Positions 1-9,351 of a DNA stretch of 64,000 nucleotides are shown here, in pieces. Positions within the stretch are counted from its first letter, which is position 1; every line of letters begins with the position of its first letter. The stretch comes from Candidatus Aminicenantes bacterium (GTDB taxonomy: Bacteria; Acidobacteriota; Aminicenantia; UBA2199). Location: the NCBI GenBank assembly GCA_018262835.1, contig JADFDP010000005.1:276-64275 (forward strand), in the 5' to 3' direction. The translations under genes were made by a program, and so were the position numbers. The notes beneath the pieces were generated by a model. The model had not been told where the DNA came from, made no database searches, and saw only the letters and a list, made by a program, of their open reading frames with translations.

Positions 1-705
1 ATCATGAACAAGATGCCTTTTTTTCAGGCCGAAGGCATCGCGCCGGCGGCGGGCTTTTCCTCGACCGCGGCGGACCTGGCGCGATTCGCATCCTGGCAGT
101 TTCGCCTTCTCGGGGGCGGAAAGGAGGAAATCCTGCGCGCCAACACGCTGAGGGAAATGCAGCGGTTCCAATGGATGGACCCGGACAACACCTGGGGGCT
201 GGGATTCACCGTTTGGAACCGCAACGGGACAATCTACGCCGGGCACGGCGGGATCTGCGCGGGGTACCGGTCGCAGCTTACGTTGCAGCCGAAAGAGAAA
301 ATCGCGGCGGTATTTCTGACCAACTCTTCCGGCGTGAACTCCTGGATATACGCCCAGCGCGCCTGCGAGATCGTGGCTCCGGCCGTTGCCGAGGCGCTGG
401 CAGCGCCCGCTGCGGCAAAACAGCCCGATCCCGCGCTGAAAAAATACGAGGGAACGTACAGCTCGTATCCCTGGGGCGGGGAGTGCGCGGTTTTGCTCTG
501 GCAGGGCGGCTTGGCCATGGTGGAATTCCCGACCAGCAATCCGCTCGCAGGACTGGAAGTGCTTGAACACATCGAGGGGAACCGGTTCAGGGCCGTCGGC
601 GGCGACGGCGAACCGGCGGCCGAGGAAACCGTCTTTGAAACGGACGGCAGCGGCAGGGTCACGAGAATGTGGAATGAAGGCAATTTCAAACCCAAGGTGC
701 GGTAA
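1..705 (+). CDS. Serine hydrolase / beta-lactamase-related protein, C-terminal part (runs off window start)
   Basis: PAAGFSSTAADLARF, WGLGF and HGG..GY motifs of the beta-lactamase-family C-terminus followed by a DUF3471-like tail; frame open to the window edge. Confidence 0.8.
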   Translation: MMNKMPFFQAEGIAPAAGFSSTAADLARFASWQFRLLGGGKEEILRANTLREMQRFQWMDPDNTWGLGFTVWNRNGTIYAGHGGICAGYRSQLTLQPKEKIAAVFLTNSSGVNSWIYAQRACEIVAPAVAEALAAPAAAKQPDPALKKYEGTYSSYPWGGECAVLLWQGGLAMVEFPTSNPLAGLEVLEHIEGNRFRAVGGDGEPAAEETVFETDGSGRVTRMWNEGNFKPKVR

Positions 706-1021
706 ATAAAGATTCAAGAGGGAATTGGGGCCAGGTCCTGCATCATAAAATTGGAGTCTTTCCCCTCAGATTTTTCCGGCGGTGAATGTGTAGTGGCCGC
801 CGACGAGCAGCGCTACGGGGCGGACAATTAGCTTTTGCCGTAACTCTCCGGTGCCCAGTTTTCCCACCTTGAAGCCGGGGGCGCGTCTCGGCAAACCGCT
901 TGAGTTTTTATGGAAATCCTGATAGAAAGAGGCAAAAGCGCCGGGTCTTGCCGGGCGACATTGGATCCGCTAGGGTGTATGCGCGATTCGGGCGATGCGC
1001 GTCCTGGCCATGTTTTCATTG

Positions 1022-2068
1022 ATGTATGACGATGTGACGATATATTATTTCAGCGGCACGGGGAACGCCCTGACGGCGAGCCGCTGGATCACGGAAAGCG
1101 CGAAAAAAAAAGGCCGGCAAACCAATTTGATCTCCATAGACCGCATCAAGAAGATAGCGGTTCCTGCCGCCGCGGGGAAAAGATTGCTGGGCTTTTGCTA
1201 CCCGACCCACGGTTTTGGCATTCCCTGGATCATGCTGAAATTCATATTCAAGTTCCCGGGCAGGGAGAGATGCGACGTGTTTCTCATGAACACCCGGGCG
1301 GGCTCGAAGATCGGCAAGCTGTTCCTGCCCGGGGTGAGCGGGATCGCCCAGCTGCTGCCCGCGCTCATCCTGCTCGGCAAGGGATTCCGCATCCGGGGCC
1401 TGCTGCCCCTGGACATGCCTTCGAACTGGATATCGATCCATCCCGGCTACAACCCGGCCGCGGTCGCCGCCCTGCTCGCGCGCTGCTGTGTCCGGGTGGA
1501 CGGCTTTTCTGAAAGGATCCTCTCGGGCCGGGCCTATTTCCGCCCCAACGTCCTCGTCATGCTGCCGGTCGATATGGCGCTGGCGCCGGTCGCGTTCATG
1601 TATTTCCTGTACGGCCGCTTCTTTCTCGCCAAGGTATTCATCGCCGCGACCGACTGCGACACCTGCAGGCTGTGCGAGCAGAAATGCCCGACCGCCTCGA
1701 TCCGGATAGTGGATAATCGGCCTTTCTGGAAATTCACCTGCGAGAGCTGCATGCGCTGCATCAATGTCTGCCCGCGCCGGGCCATCCAGGTTTCGCATCT
1801 CCTTGCCGTGATCATTCCGGTTGTCAGTTCGTTCCTGCCCATCGCGTTGCTGCTGGCAATATTCAATTCTTACATTCCTTCCTCACTAATGAAACCAGCG
1901 GATTTTATCATCGACTGGGGAATATCATTGACTTTGTTTTTTGTCATATCGGGACTGGTATTCTGGCTGATAAGGATAAAATGGATCAACCAACTATTCT
2001 CGGCCACGTCGCTGACGAAATATTGGCGGCGTTACATGGCGCCCGGGATCAAGCCCAAGGATTTCTAG
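1022..2068 (+). CDS. EFR1-type flavodoxin-ferredoxin fusion with C-terminal membrane segments
   Basis: YFSGTGN flavodoxin start, LDMPSNW, two CxxCxxCxxxCP motifs; start uncertain (995-1022). Confidence 0.85.
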   Translation: MYDDVTIYYFSGTGNALTASRWITESAKKKGRQTNLISIDRIKKIAVPAAAGKRLLGFCYPTHGFGIPWIMLKFIFKFPGRERCDVFLMNTRAGSKIGKLFLPGVSGIAQLLPALILLGKGFRIRGLLPLDMPSNWISIHPGYNPAAVAALLARCCVRVDGFSERILSGRAYFRPNVLVMLPVDMALAPVAFMYFLYGRFFLAKVFIAATDCDTCRLCEQKCPTASIRIVDNRPFWKFTCESCMRCINVCPRRAIQVSHLLAVIIPVVSSFLPIALLLAIFNSYIPSSLMKPADFIIDWGISLTLFFVISGLVFWLIRIKWINQLFSATSLTKYWRRYMAPGIKPKDF

Positions 2069-2155
2069 GGGCGATCGTCTTTCTGGATGGGTCATAATTT
2101 ATTTGCCTGCAAAATGCCGTTGCCAGCCGGCCCCTGATTCGGGTATGATTCATGC

Positions 2156-3703
2156 ATGAATAGAACGAACAGGCTCTCATCCTTTCTGGCGTCGTTGTCG
2201 CCGGGGTTCTGGGTCGCCGTGGGGGTCATGGCCGTGCAGCTCCCGGCCGTCCTTTCCGGCGGCTTCGGCATGTTCCGCGACGAGTTCTACTACATCGCCT
2301 GCAGCGACCGCCTGGCCTGGGGCTTTGTCGACCACCCGCCCCTGTCGATCTCAATCCTGCGCCTGCTGCGCCTGGCGTTCGGCGATTCGCTGCTGGCGCT
2401 GCGCCTGGTGCCGGCCCTGGCCGTGGCCGCGCTGGCCTGGCTGAGCGGCCGGCTGGCAAAGGAGATGGGCGGCTCTTCCTTCGCCCAGTTCCTGGCGGCG
2501 CTGGCCTGCGGCGTGGCGCCTGTTTATCTTGCCGTGGGCAGCTTCTATTCGATGAACATCTTCGAGCCGCTCTGTTGGATGGGCTGCGCCTGGCTGCTGC
2601 TGCGCATGATCGCCGGCGGCCGCCGCGAGCTCTGGGTCCCCTTCGGTGTTCTGGCCGGGGTGGCGCTGCTCAACAAGCACAGCATGCTCTTTTTCGGCGC
2701 CGCGCTCGTGGCCGGGCTGCTGCTGACCCGGGAGCGCCGGCTGCTGGCCGGCAAGTGGCCCTGGATCGGCGGCGCCATCGCCTTATGGTTCCTGCTGCCC
2801 AACCTGGTCTGGCTTTTCCGTCACGACTGGGCTACCCTGGAGTTCATGCGCAATGCGCAAGCATGGAAGAATCTCCCCATGTCGCCCCTGGAGTTTTTCA
2901 AGGCGCAGGTGCTGCTGCAGCATCCCCTGACCCTGCCGCTCTGGCTGGCCGGGCTGGCGGCCCTGTTTTTCCATCCGCGGTTGAAAAAATACCGCAGCTT
3001 TGCTTTCGCTTTTGTCTTCCTCTTCATCCTGTTCGTGGCGCAGCGGGGCAAGCCCTACTATCTCTCTCCGTTCTTTCCCCTGCTCCTGGCCGCCGGCGCC
3101 GTGCTTGTTGAGCGATTTGCCGCCGGCAGGCTCGGACGCGGCGCCCGCACCGCCTATGCCGCGCTGCTCCTGGTCGGAGGCCTGGTCATGCTGCCCATGT
3201 GGGTGCCGCTGCTGCCGGTCGAGACGCATATCCGCTACACCCGCGCCATCGGCATGGAGCCGCCGCAGATGGAGCGCGGTCGAAAGACGGAGCTGCACCA
3301 GGTCTATGCCGACCGCTTCGGCTGGCGGGAGATGGTGGCCGTGGTAGCCAGGGCCTACGACTCCCTCTCCCCGGAGGAGCAGGCGGAATGCTCCATCTAC
3401 ACGCAAAACTACGGCGAAGCCGGGGCCGTGGACTATTTCGGCAAGCGCTACGGGCTGCCCAAAGCCATCTCGGGGCACAATAACTATTGGCTGTGGGGAC
3501 CGGGCGAGCGCTCGGGCAAAGTGCTGATCATCATCGGCGGCGATCGCCAGGATCACCTGCAGGCCTATGAGGAGGCGACCCTCTTCGCCGTCCACAACAA
3601 CCGCTACGCCATGCCCGCGGAGACCGATCTGCCCATCTGGATCTGCCGGAGGCCCAAGGTCACCCTGGAGCAGATCTGGCCGGAGGTAAAAGATTTCGGG
3701 TGA
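2156..3703 (+). CDS. Glycosyltransferase family 39 / ArnT-like membrane protein
   Basis: RDEFYY...LAWGFVDHPPL, LLNKH, many TM helices, NYGEAGA...SGHNNYWLWGP. Confidence 0.85.
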   Translation: MNRTNRLSSFLASLSPGFWVAVGVMAVQLPAVLSGGFGMFRDEFYYIACSDRLAWGFVDHPPLSISILRLLRLAFGDSLLALRLVPALAVAALAWLSGRLAKEMGGSSFAQFLAALACGVAPVYLAVGSFYSMNIFEPLCWMGCAWLLLRMIAGGRRELWVPFGVLAGVALLNKHSMLFFGAALVAGLLLTRERRLLAGKWPWIGGAIALWFLLPNLVWLFRHDWATLEFMRNAQAWKNLPMSPLEFFKAQVLLQHPLTLPLWLAGLAALFFHPRLKKYRSFAFAFVFLFILFVAQRGKPYYLSPFFPLLLAAGAVLVERFAAGRLGRGARTAYAALLLVGGLVMLPMWVPLLPVETHIRYTRAIGMEPPQMERGRKTELHQVYADRFGWREMVAVVARAYDSLSPEEQAECSIYTQNYGEAGAVDYFGKRYGLPKAISGHNNYWLWGPGERSGKVLIIIGGDRQDHLQAYEEATLFAVHNNRYAMPAETDLPIWICRRPKVTLEQIWPEVKDFG

Positions 3704-3766
3704 TTCAGCGGTTCACGTTGATCTATCTGCGAGTCTACTCCTCCAGCTTGAATTCCGCAGGCTGTC

Positions 3767-5077
3767 CTAGTTTTTTGTGACCAGCCCCAGGCGAAGGCTT
3801 TTCTGAACAGAGGAGAGCAACTCTTTCGGCACTTCCTCCATGGCTGCCAGACGAGGCCATGCAGATAAAGCTGTAGCCGCTTGTTCCATGATGGCGCCCG
3901 CATTTCTGATGCCGAATTGATCGGCCACTGCCAGGAGATCCTTCTTGTTGAAATCGTCTCTTTTGCCGTTTATGCTCATTTGGTGCCGATGAGTATATTT
4001 GCCGGAAGGATTATATGCCCAGACCAAATCGAATGCCGGGCTGAGTCGCCAGCGGCCCTTGCGGTCCATGAGAAATGCGATATTGCGAGTGTGGTCGTCC
4101 TGGTTGCGGGCAAGCACATTGAAAACCATGCGCCTGAAAAGCTCCTCCATGGCCGGGTAGCCGAGTTCGAGCCGCTGGATGACCTGCAGGGCTTGCTCGT
4201 AGCTGGTTTGGCCTGTGGCGTTGAAATCGTAATGAGCCATGGCGCAGAGGGATTGCATGTGTATCTTGCCGCTGTCGTCGCGATCGAACCGGCGCGTCAT
4301 GAAATGCGCCCGGGGACCCTCCTTGAGCAGGCGGCAGGCGGTCATTTCGATTCCGGCCTGGGTGGCCATCCGGTGATAAACGTATTCCAGCCTTCCGTAG
4401 CCTTGGGGATCCCCTAATGACGTGTCCTTCACTCCGTCGAACTTGATTATCCAAGACTCGAATCCGGGAGGAGGAAGCACTTGGCCGGAGCGCACGGCAT
4501 CCGTCCTTGGATTCCAGGCGATCACGGCTTTTGCCCTGTTGCCGCCCGCGGATGTGCCTACGCGAATAATTGTTTTCAACGCTTCCGCCTTGCTTCCTTT
4601 CAAGTTCGCCGCCCAGCCGGTCCGATGATGCAGGATGTCAGCGGCCAACCGCGAAAGTTTTCCGATCTCGATCGGAACCGCTTTTCCCGGCCGCGGGCCG
4701 CATGCCGGCTTGAACTCGAGAGCGCCCATGGCCCGGTTTCCCATGGTGCAGAGCCTTTCCAGCGGCGTGAAGTCGGCTATAGCGCGCCCCTGACTTGACA
4801 GCCAGGCATTGATGATGGCGTTGCCGAAGCGGTCGGGCAGCGCATCGGCCAGCAGGCCAGGCAAGCGGTGGTAGGTTTCCCTTTTCAAGAGGGGGAACGA
4901 AAATATGCCGCTGCGCAAGGGCATCGTCAGGGGGGCGATATCCAGCCCCCGCTTCAGGAAGGAAGCCTCGTATTCGAACTCTCCGATATCGCGTTCCTTG
5001 TTCCAGGCCACGACGCCGGCATCCTGTTCCCATAAACGAACCCAGGCAAAGTCGACCCGTTTACCGCGCGAGGCCAT
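3767..5077 (-). CDS. hipA: HipA-family kinase toxin (type II TA)
   Basis: Couple_hipA N-terminus (LADALPDRFG), GTSAGGNRAK, IIKFD, NQDDHTRN, LSPAFDL. Confidence 0.92.
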   Translation of the reverse strand: MASRGKRVDFAWVRLWEQDAGVVAWNKERDIGEFEYEASFLKRGLDIAPLTMPLRSGIFSFPLLKRETYHRLPGLLADALPDRFGNAIINAWLSSQGRAIADFTPLERLCTMGNRAMGALEFKPACGPRPGKAVPIEIGKLSRLAADILHHRTGWAANLKGSKAEALKTIIRVGTSAGGNRAKAVIAWNPRTDAVRSGQVLPPPGFESWIIKFDGVKDTSLGDPQGYGRLEYVYHRMATQAGIEMTACRLLKEGPRAHFMTRRFDRDDSGKIHMQSLCAMAHYDFNATGQTSYEQALQVIQRLELGYPAMEELFRRMVFNVLARNQDDHTRNIAFLMDRKGRWRLSPAFDLVWAYNPSGKYTHRHQMSINGKRDDFNKKDLLAVADQFGIRNAGAIMEQAATALSAWPRLAAMEEVPKELLSSVQKSLRLGLVTKN

Positions 5078-5084
5078 AGCTGAG

Positions 5085-5408
5085 TCACTCCTTCTTGCCG
5101 CGTTTGCTGCCGGAGCCGGAGGCTCTCTCCCTTTCCCGGCCTTTCAGCTTGGCAAGTTGCACCGGGCTTGGTCCGGTTTCGGGGAAAAAGGCGTCCAGTG
5201 AGGCCAGGCTTCCCATGGCCCTGAGGATCCTAATCAAGGATGCCAGCGTGCATGGCCGTCCCGTTTCCAAGTATTGCAATGACCGAACGGATACTCCGGA
5301 CTTCGCTGCCAGCTCCGATTGAGTCACATTGCGGTTCAGGCGTTCGCGCTGCAACCGGTTTCCCAATTCGCTCAGGATCGCTTTGTCACTCATGCTTTCC
5401 AGGTCCAT
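5085..5408 (-). CDS. hipB: HipB-like XRE HTH antitoxin
   Basis: RLNRNVTQSELAAKSGVSVRSLQYLE HTH directly upstream of hipA; start 5408 or 5414. Confidence 0.88.
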   Translation of the reverse strand: MDLESMSDKAILSELGNRLQRERLNRNVTQSELAAKSGVSVRSLQYLETGRPCTLASLIRILRAMGSLASLDAFFPETGPSPVQLAKLKGRERERASGSGSKRGKKE

Positions 5409-5414
5409 GGCCAT

Positions 5415-5444
5415 AGTCTAGCAGGCGGGAGAATCAATTGTCAA
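5415..5444 (-). promoter_or_regulatory. sigma70 promoter of hipBA (TTGACA-18-TAGACT), probably leaderless
   Basis: Minus strand TTGACA 5444-5439, TAGACT 5420-5415, ATG at 5408 after a 6 nt gap, no SD. Confidence 0.65.
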
Positions 5445-5453
5445 GTATAATAC

Positions 5454-5593
5454 GCAATATAGTGCATATTAATGGCAATATGAGGCAATAAAACGCATTT
5501 AATTGCGATTTAACAAATTTATTAAAATATTATTTAACACGCAATAAAGTGCATATAAAAGCACTTTTATGCTTATAAAGCGCAATATATTGC
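5454..5593. repeat. Array of six GCA-N6-TGC palindromic boxes, probable HipB-like operators
   Basis: Boxes start at 5454, 5475 (GCA-N6-GGC), 5495, 5541, 5561, 5582 in AT-rich DNA. Confidence 0.75.
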
Positions 5594-5804
5594 ATGCAAT
5601 ATTCAGGACATGAAATGAATATATCAACGCGGCTGCATGCCGAGTAATATTTAAAATTCCTGGAGGGCAAAAGACCGCGGGCGGATTGCAACCTTGTTCC
5701 TGCGATTAAAAACACGAGCCCAGGGCACCCGCGCGGGGCGCTCCTGCATGGGCGGGCCAGGGAAAACAATTCGTCCTGCAAATACGTTCAATTCACATGG
5801 AGAC

Positions 5805-6074
5805 ATGATGGAACCCATTAAAAGATCATTCAACAAGCGGGCGTTCACCGCCATCATGGCCGGGTTGACGGCCCTGACCCTGCCCTTCACGGGGCTGATC
5901 CTGCACGGCTATTCGGAAGGCGCCATCAGCGGCGACAGGCATTTCTGGTTAATGGCCCATGTCGTTTTGGGCTTTCTTTTCGTTGTCTTCGCCGCCTGGC
6001 ATGCCATAATCAACCGCCGCGCCCTGCTGAACTACATCAAGTCGGGAGTGGCCGGGGCGCTGCCGGGAAAATAA
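5805..6074 (+). CDS. DUF4405-like small membrane protein
   Basis: TGLIL...W..AH...G.LF.....WH...N pattern; GGAG SD before ATG. Confidence 0.7.
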   Translation: MMEPIKRSFNKRAFTAIMAGLTALTLPFTGLILHGYSEGAISGDRHFWLMAHVVLGFLFVVFAAWHAIINRRALLNYIKSGVAGALPGK

Positions 6075-6127
6075 GCAGCCGGGCGGCGGCACGCCCGCTG
6101 CGGCTGAAGATTGCCCTTGATGCCGGC

Positions 6128-6508
6128 CTAGTATTGCCGGATCCCCTCCACGTTGAAGCTCCAGTTGAATGGGGGATAGGGAGCGTGGTATTCCAGGTTG
6201 CCGTGGATGCGGTCCTCCGACACGAAGGCGCCCAGGAATTCGCAGCTCTTGCCGCCGGTGAGCGTGGATTCGAAATGGAAGACCACCTCGCCGTCGCTGA
6301 CCGTGTAAGTTCCCTCGCCCTGGTTGCCGTCGATCGGGATCAGGATCCCCTTTTCACTGCCGCCCAGGAACGTGAAGGCGAATTGTTCCTCGCTGCCCAG
6401 AAGGAACGACCAGTCCCCCATGATGTTGTACTTTTCGCCCTTGCTGCATCCGGCCTGGGCCAGGAGCAGCACCAGCAGGAACGGCAGCGCGGCTTTTTTC
6501 AGTTTCAT
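6128..6508 (-). CDS. Hypothetical lipoprotein
   Basis: Signal peptide with AQAGC lipobox; GAGGTG SD. Confidence 0.7.
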   Translation of the reverse strand: MKLKKAALPFLLVLLLAQAGCSKGEKYNIMGDWSFLLGSEEQFAFTFLGGSEKGILIPIDGNQGEGTYTVSDGEVVFHFESTLTGGKSCEFLGAFVSEDRIHGNLEYHAPYPPFNWSFNVEGIRQY

Positions 6509-6789
6509 CTTTCACCTCTCTGTATTGGTGAATGAATTCTAGCATATTCGGGTTTTGCAAGGCAGGTTTTGGTAATCAAGATAGGAGCATGGAGGCATGA
6601 CCCGGGGGCCGTTTAAAGTCACAAAGTCTGGCACCGTCCCCGGAATTCCAAATTTCCCGAACGCGATGTCCTGTCCGCACGCAGAAAATGACCTATAAAC
6701 AAGGCATGTCGGGGAGCAATTCTTGGCATTGATTTTGCAGCAGCAAGGTATCAGCCCCCGCAAAACATGGCCTGGGGGCAGGAGGCATC

Positions 6790-7404
6790 ATGAAGCAAAT
6801 CGACTGCAGGTTGGATCTATTGGCGGCTATTTTGGTTGCCGCCGTCTTCGCGGCAGGCTGCAGCAGGGTCCGGATCGAAGATTTCTCGGACCGCTCATTC
6901 AACGGTCCGCCGTTGGCCAAGATCGCGGTCGAATATTTTGAGCCTGACACGGTCAGCCGCCGCAAGGCGGAGCGGGCCTTGGTTTCGGCCTTGCAGGCGC
7001 GGTTGTCCGCGGTGGAGTTGCTGCCTATGTGCGAGGTCATTTTCACCGATGAGCGGATTTCTGACCGGGAGTATGCCGAAAAACTTTCCAGCCGGGGATT
7101 TGATGCGTTTTTAACGGTGTGCATGACCCGCTTTGATCCAAACAACGGGACGCCGCCCATGGAGATTGACCTGCAAGACCGGGATGAGTCGCATGCGGAG
7201 GTCACTATCGACCTCAGCGGTCAAAAAAGCTGGTTTGCCTGCGAATTGGTCGAATTGAAGAGCCTGCGCTGCGTATGGCGGGCGACGGCCATCACCCATA
7301 TCGGTTCGGGGCTGCGCTCGTTCCGCTCTTCCATCCGCCAGCTGGGCAGCCACCTGGCCCAAAGGCTGGCTATTCAGGACCACCTGATTTTAAACCGTTC
7401 CTGA
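6790..7404 (+). CDS. Hypothetical lipoprotein
   Basis: GGAGG SD; AAGC lipobox. Confidence 0.7.
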   Translation: MKQIDCRLDLLAAILVAAVFAAGCSRVRIEDFSDRSFNGPPLAKIAVEYFEPDTVSRRKAERALVSALQARLSAVELLPMCEVIFTDERISDREYAEKLSSRGFDAFLTVCMTRFDPNNGTPPMEIDLQDRDESHAEVTIDLSGQKSWFACELVELKSLRCVWRATAITHIGSGLRSFRSSIRQLGSHLAQRLAIQDHLILNRS

Positions 7405-7742
7405 AAATCCGCATACTGATTTCCTGAGAACATTGGGGTCAGGTCCTGTGATATTTATGTTTTAAGATGCTTGTTGTGGCCGTGCAAACATTGTTTTCAT
7501 TGGTTTTTTTATTTTGACAATCTGTCCCTGATCTTCTTGCTGGGCGGTCGGTTATCGTTACTGCACTGTAGCCTGTGCTGCCTGGACTATTGCGTTAAAG
7601 GCATGATTTATACAAAATTACAGGCACCATCCCTCAATTCCGCGAGGTCTCCCTCGATTAGATCCGGCCCGAGGTAAAACATTTCGGGTGATTGTTTGGC
7701 GGGGAACAGGGGTTTGATTTTCTTCCATAGGGGCGAACAAAT

Positions 7743-7779
7743 TTGACATTTTAAAATGACTAGAATACAATTTTGGTCA
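7743..7779 (+). promoter_or_regulatory. sigma70 promoter (TTGACA-17-TACAAT) overlapped by an inverted repeat, probable TetR operator
   Basis: TTGACA 7743-7748, TACAAT 7766-7771; TGACTAGAAT-aca-ATTTTGGTCA 7757-7779. Confidence 0.7.
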
Positions 7780-7788
7780 GGAGTCAAA

Positions 7789-8412
7789 ATGAGGCATATC
7801 GCCCGGCAAGCCAATATCCGCGAACTGATCCTGGACGGAGTGGACGCACTGCTGGCCCGCTTCGGCTACCGGAAAATGACCATGGAGGACCTGGCCCGCC
7901 AGGTCGGCATCGGCAAGGGCACGATCTACCTTCACTTTCCGGGCAAGGAGGAACTGGCCCTCGCCCACGTCGACCGCATCGCCGAGCGGCTGCTGCGGCG
8001 GCTCGGCGAGATTTCCGCCGCCCGTCGCTCCCCGCCAGAGCGCATCCGGGCGATGCTGGTCACGCGGGTGCTGTTCCGCTTCGACAGCGTCGCCCATTAT
8101 TCGCAGAACCTCAATGACCTGCTGTCGGCGGTGCGCAAGGAATTGCTGGCCCGGCGCCAGGGGCATTTTGAAAAAGAGGCGCAGGAAATGGCGAAAGTCC
8201 TCGATGAGGGGCGTGAGATGGGCATATTTTCCGGTGCGGACAGCCTGCTCACGGCCCGGCTGCTCATCTGGAGCACCAATTCCATGCTGCCGTTCAACCT
8301 GACGGCCCGGGAGCTCGGCAAACGGGGTGAACTGGAGGAACGCGTTTCGCGACTGGCCGACCTGCTGCTGCAAGGGCTGCTCCAGCGCCCCCGGGATAAG
8401 AAATTAAAATGA
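7789..8412 (+). CDS. TetR/AcrR family regulator
   Basis: GYRKMTMEDLARQVGIGKGTIYLHFPGKEEL; AGGAG SD. Confidence 0.92.
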   Translation: MRHIARQANIRELILDGVDALLARFGYRKMTMEDLARQVGIGKGTIYLHFPGKEELALAHVDRIAERLLRRLGEISAARRSPPERIRAMLVTRVLFRFDSVAHYSQNLNDLLSAVRKELLARRQGHFEKEAQEMAKVLDEGREMGIFSGADSLLTARLLIWSTNSMLPFNLTARELGKRGELEERVSRLADLLLQGLLQRPRDKKLK

Positions 8413-8460
8413 AAACCCCGTTCAAAACAATGGCCAGGAAATAAAACCGAGGGGATTAAA

Positions 8461-9351
8461 ATGAAAAAACAATTCAAACTCATCGCATTGTTGCTTCTGG
8501 CAAGCACCATGGCCGCCGCGGAAGAAACAAGCACGGATTTTCCAAGACTTGCAGGTCCGTATCTTGGGCAAAAGCCTCCGGGGAAAACAGCTGAACCGTT
8601 CGCTGAAAAAATTGTAGCTGCCGAAAATAATTTTCACGGATCTGTAGTTTTTTCACCAGACGGAAATGAAGCATATTGGAGTGTGATGGAAAAAATAAGA
8701 ATTATGTATTCTAAAAAAGTAAATGGAGTTTGGACAAAACCGGAACTTTTTATTCCCAGTGCTGATGTTCCGTTCTTATCTCCCGACGGAAAAAAATTAT
8801 TTTATATGGAACAGAACGTTGAACAAGGAAGAAAATTTGAAGTGCCTAGCGCTATGGATAAAACCGCGACCGGATGGTCTAAAGCATATCCACTGCCGGA
8901 TATCATAAATAGAATACCAATTATTCATTGGCAGATATCGGTTGATAAAAAAGGGAATCTCTTTTTTGGTGGCAAAATGAGCGGGAACCAAACATCTAGA
9001 ATATATTGTGCCGAGTATGTTAATGGGGCTTACCATGAACCAAAGATGGTTACAAGTTTGAAAGACTACGAAGCTTTTTCTCCATTCATAGCTCCAGATG
9101 GAAGTTATCTGATTGTAACTGCTTTTCGAGAGGAACTTGGATTATATATTCTATTTAAAAAAGCAGACGGAACATGGGCCAAGGGGAAAAACATTTCAGA
9201 AAATATTGGAACAAGCGGTGAGCTGCTTTGCCCTATAGTAACCAGCGACGGCAAATATTTATTCTTTCTTAAAGGAGTTGGTGAAAGGACTATTCCTTAT
9301 TGGGTAGATGCCTCGTTTATTGAAGAACTGAGAAAAACAGAGCAAAAATGA
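8461..9351 (+). CDS. Secreted PD40/TolB-like beta-propeller protein 1
   Basis: Signal peptide, GPYLGQKPPG, repeated SPDG/APDG, YWVDA C-terminus. Confidence 0.85.
   Translation: MKKQFKLIALLLLASTMAAAEETSTDFPRLAGPYLGQKPPGKTAEPFAEKIVAAENNFHGSVVFSPDGNEAYWSVMEKIRIMYSKKVNGVWTKPELFIPSADVPFLSPDGKKLFYMEQNVEQGRKFEVPSAMDKTATGWSKAYPLPDIINRIPIIHWQISVDKKGNLFFGGKMSGNQTSRIYCAEYVNGAYHEPKMVTSLKDYEAFSPFIAPDGSYLIVTAFREELGLYILFKKADGTWAKGKNISENIGTSGELLCPIVTSDGKYLFFLKGVGERTIPYWVDASFIEELRKTEQK

Noticed and set aside
5445-5600. CRISPR array or replication origin
   Set aside because: Period is only 20-21 bp with degenerate boxes and no unique spacers, cas genes, rep gene or DnaA boxes; better read as operators.
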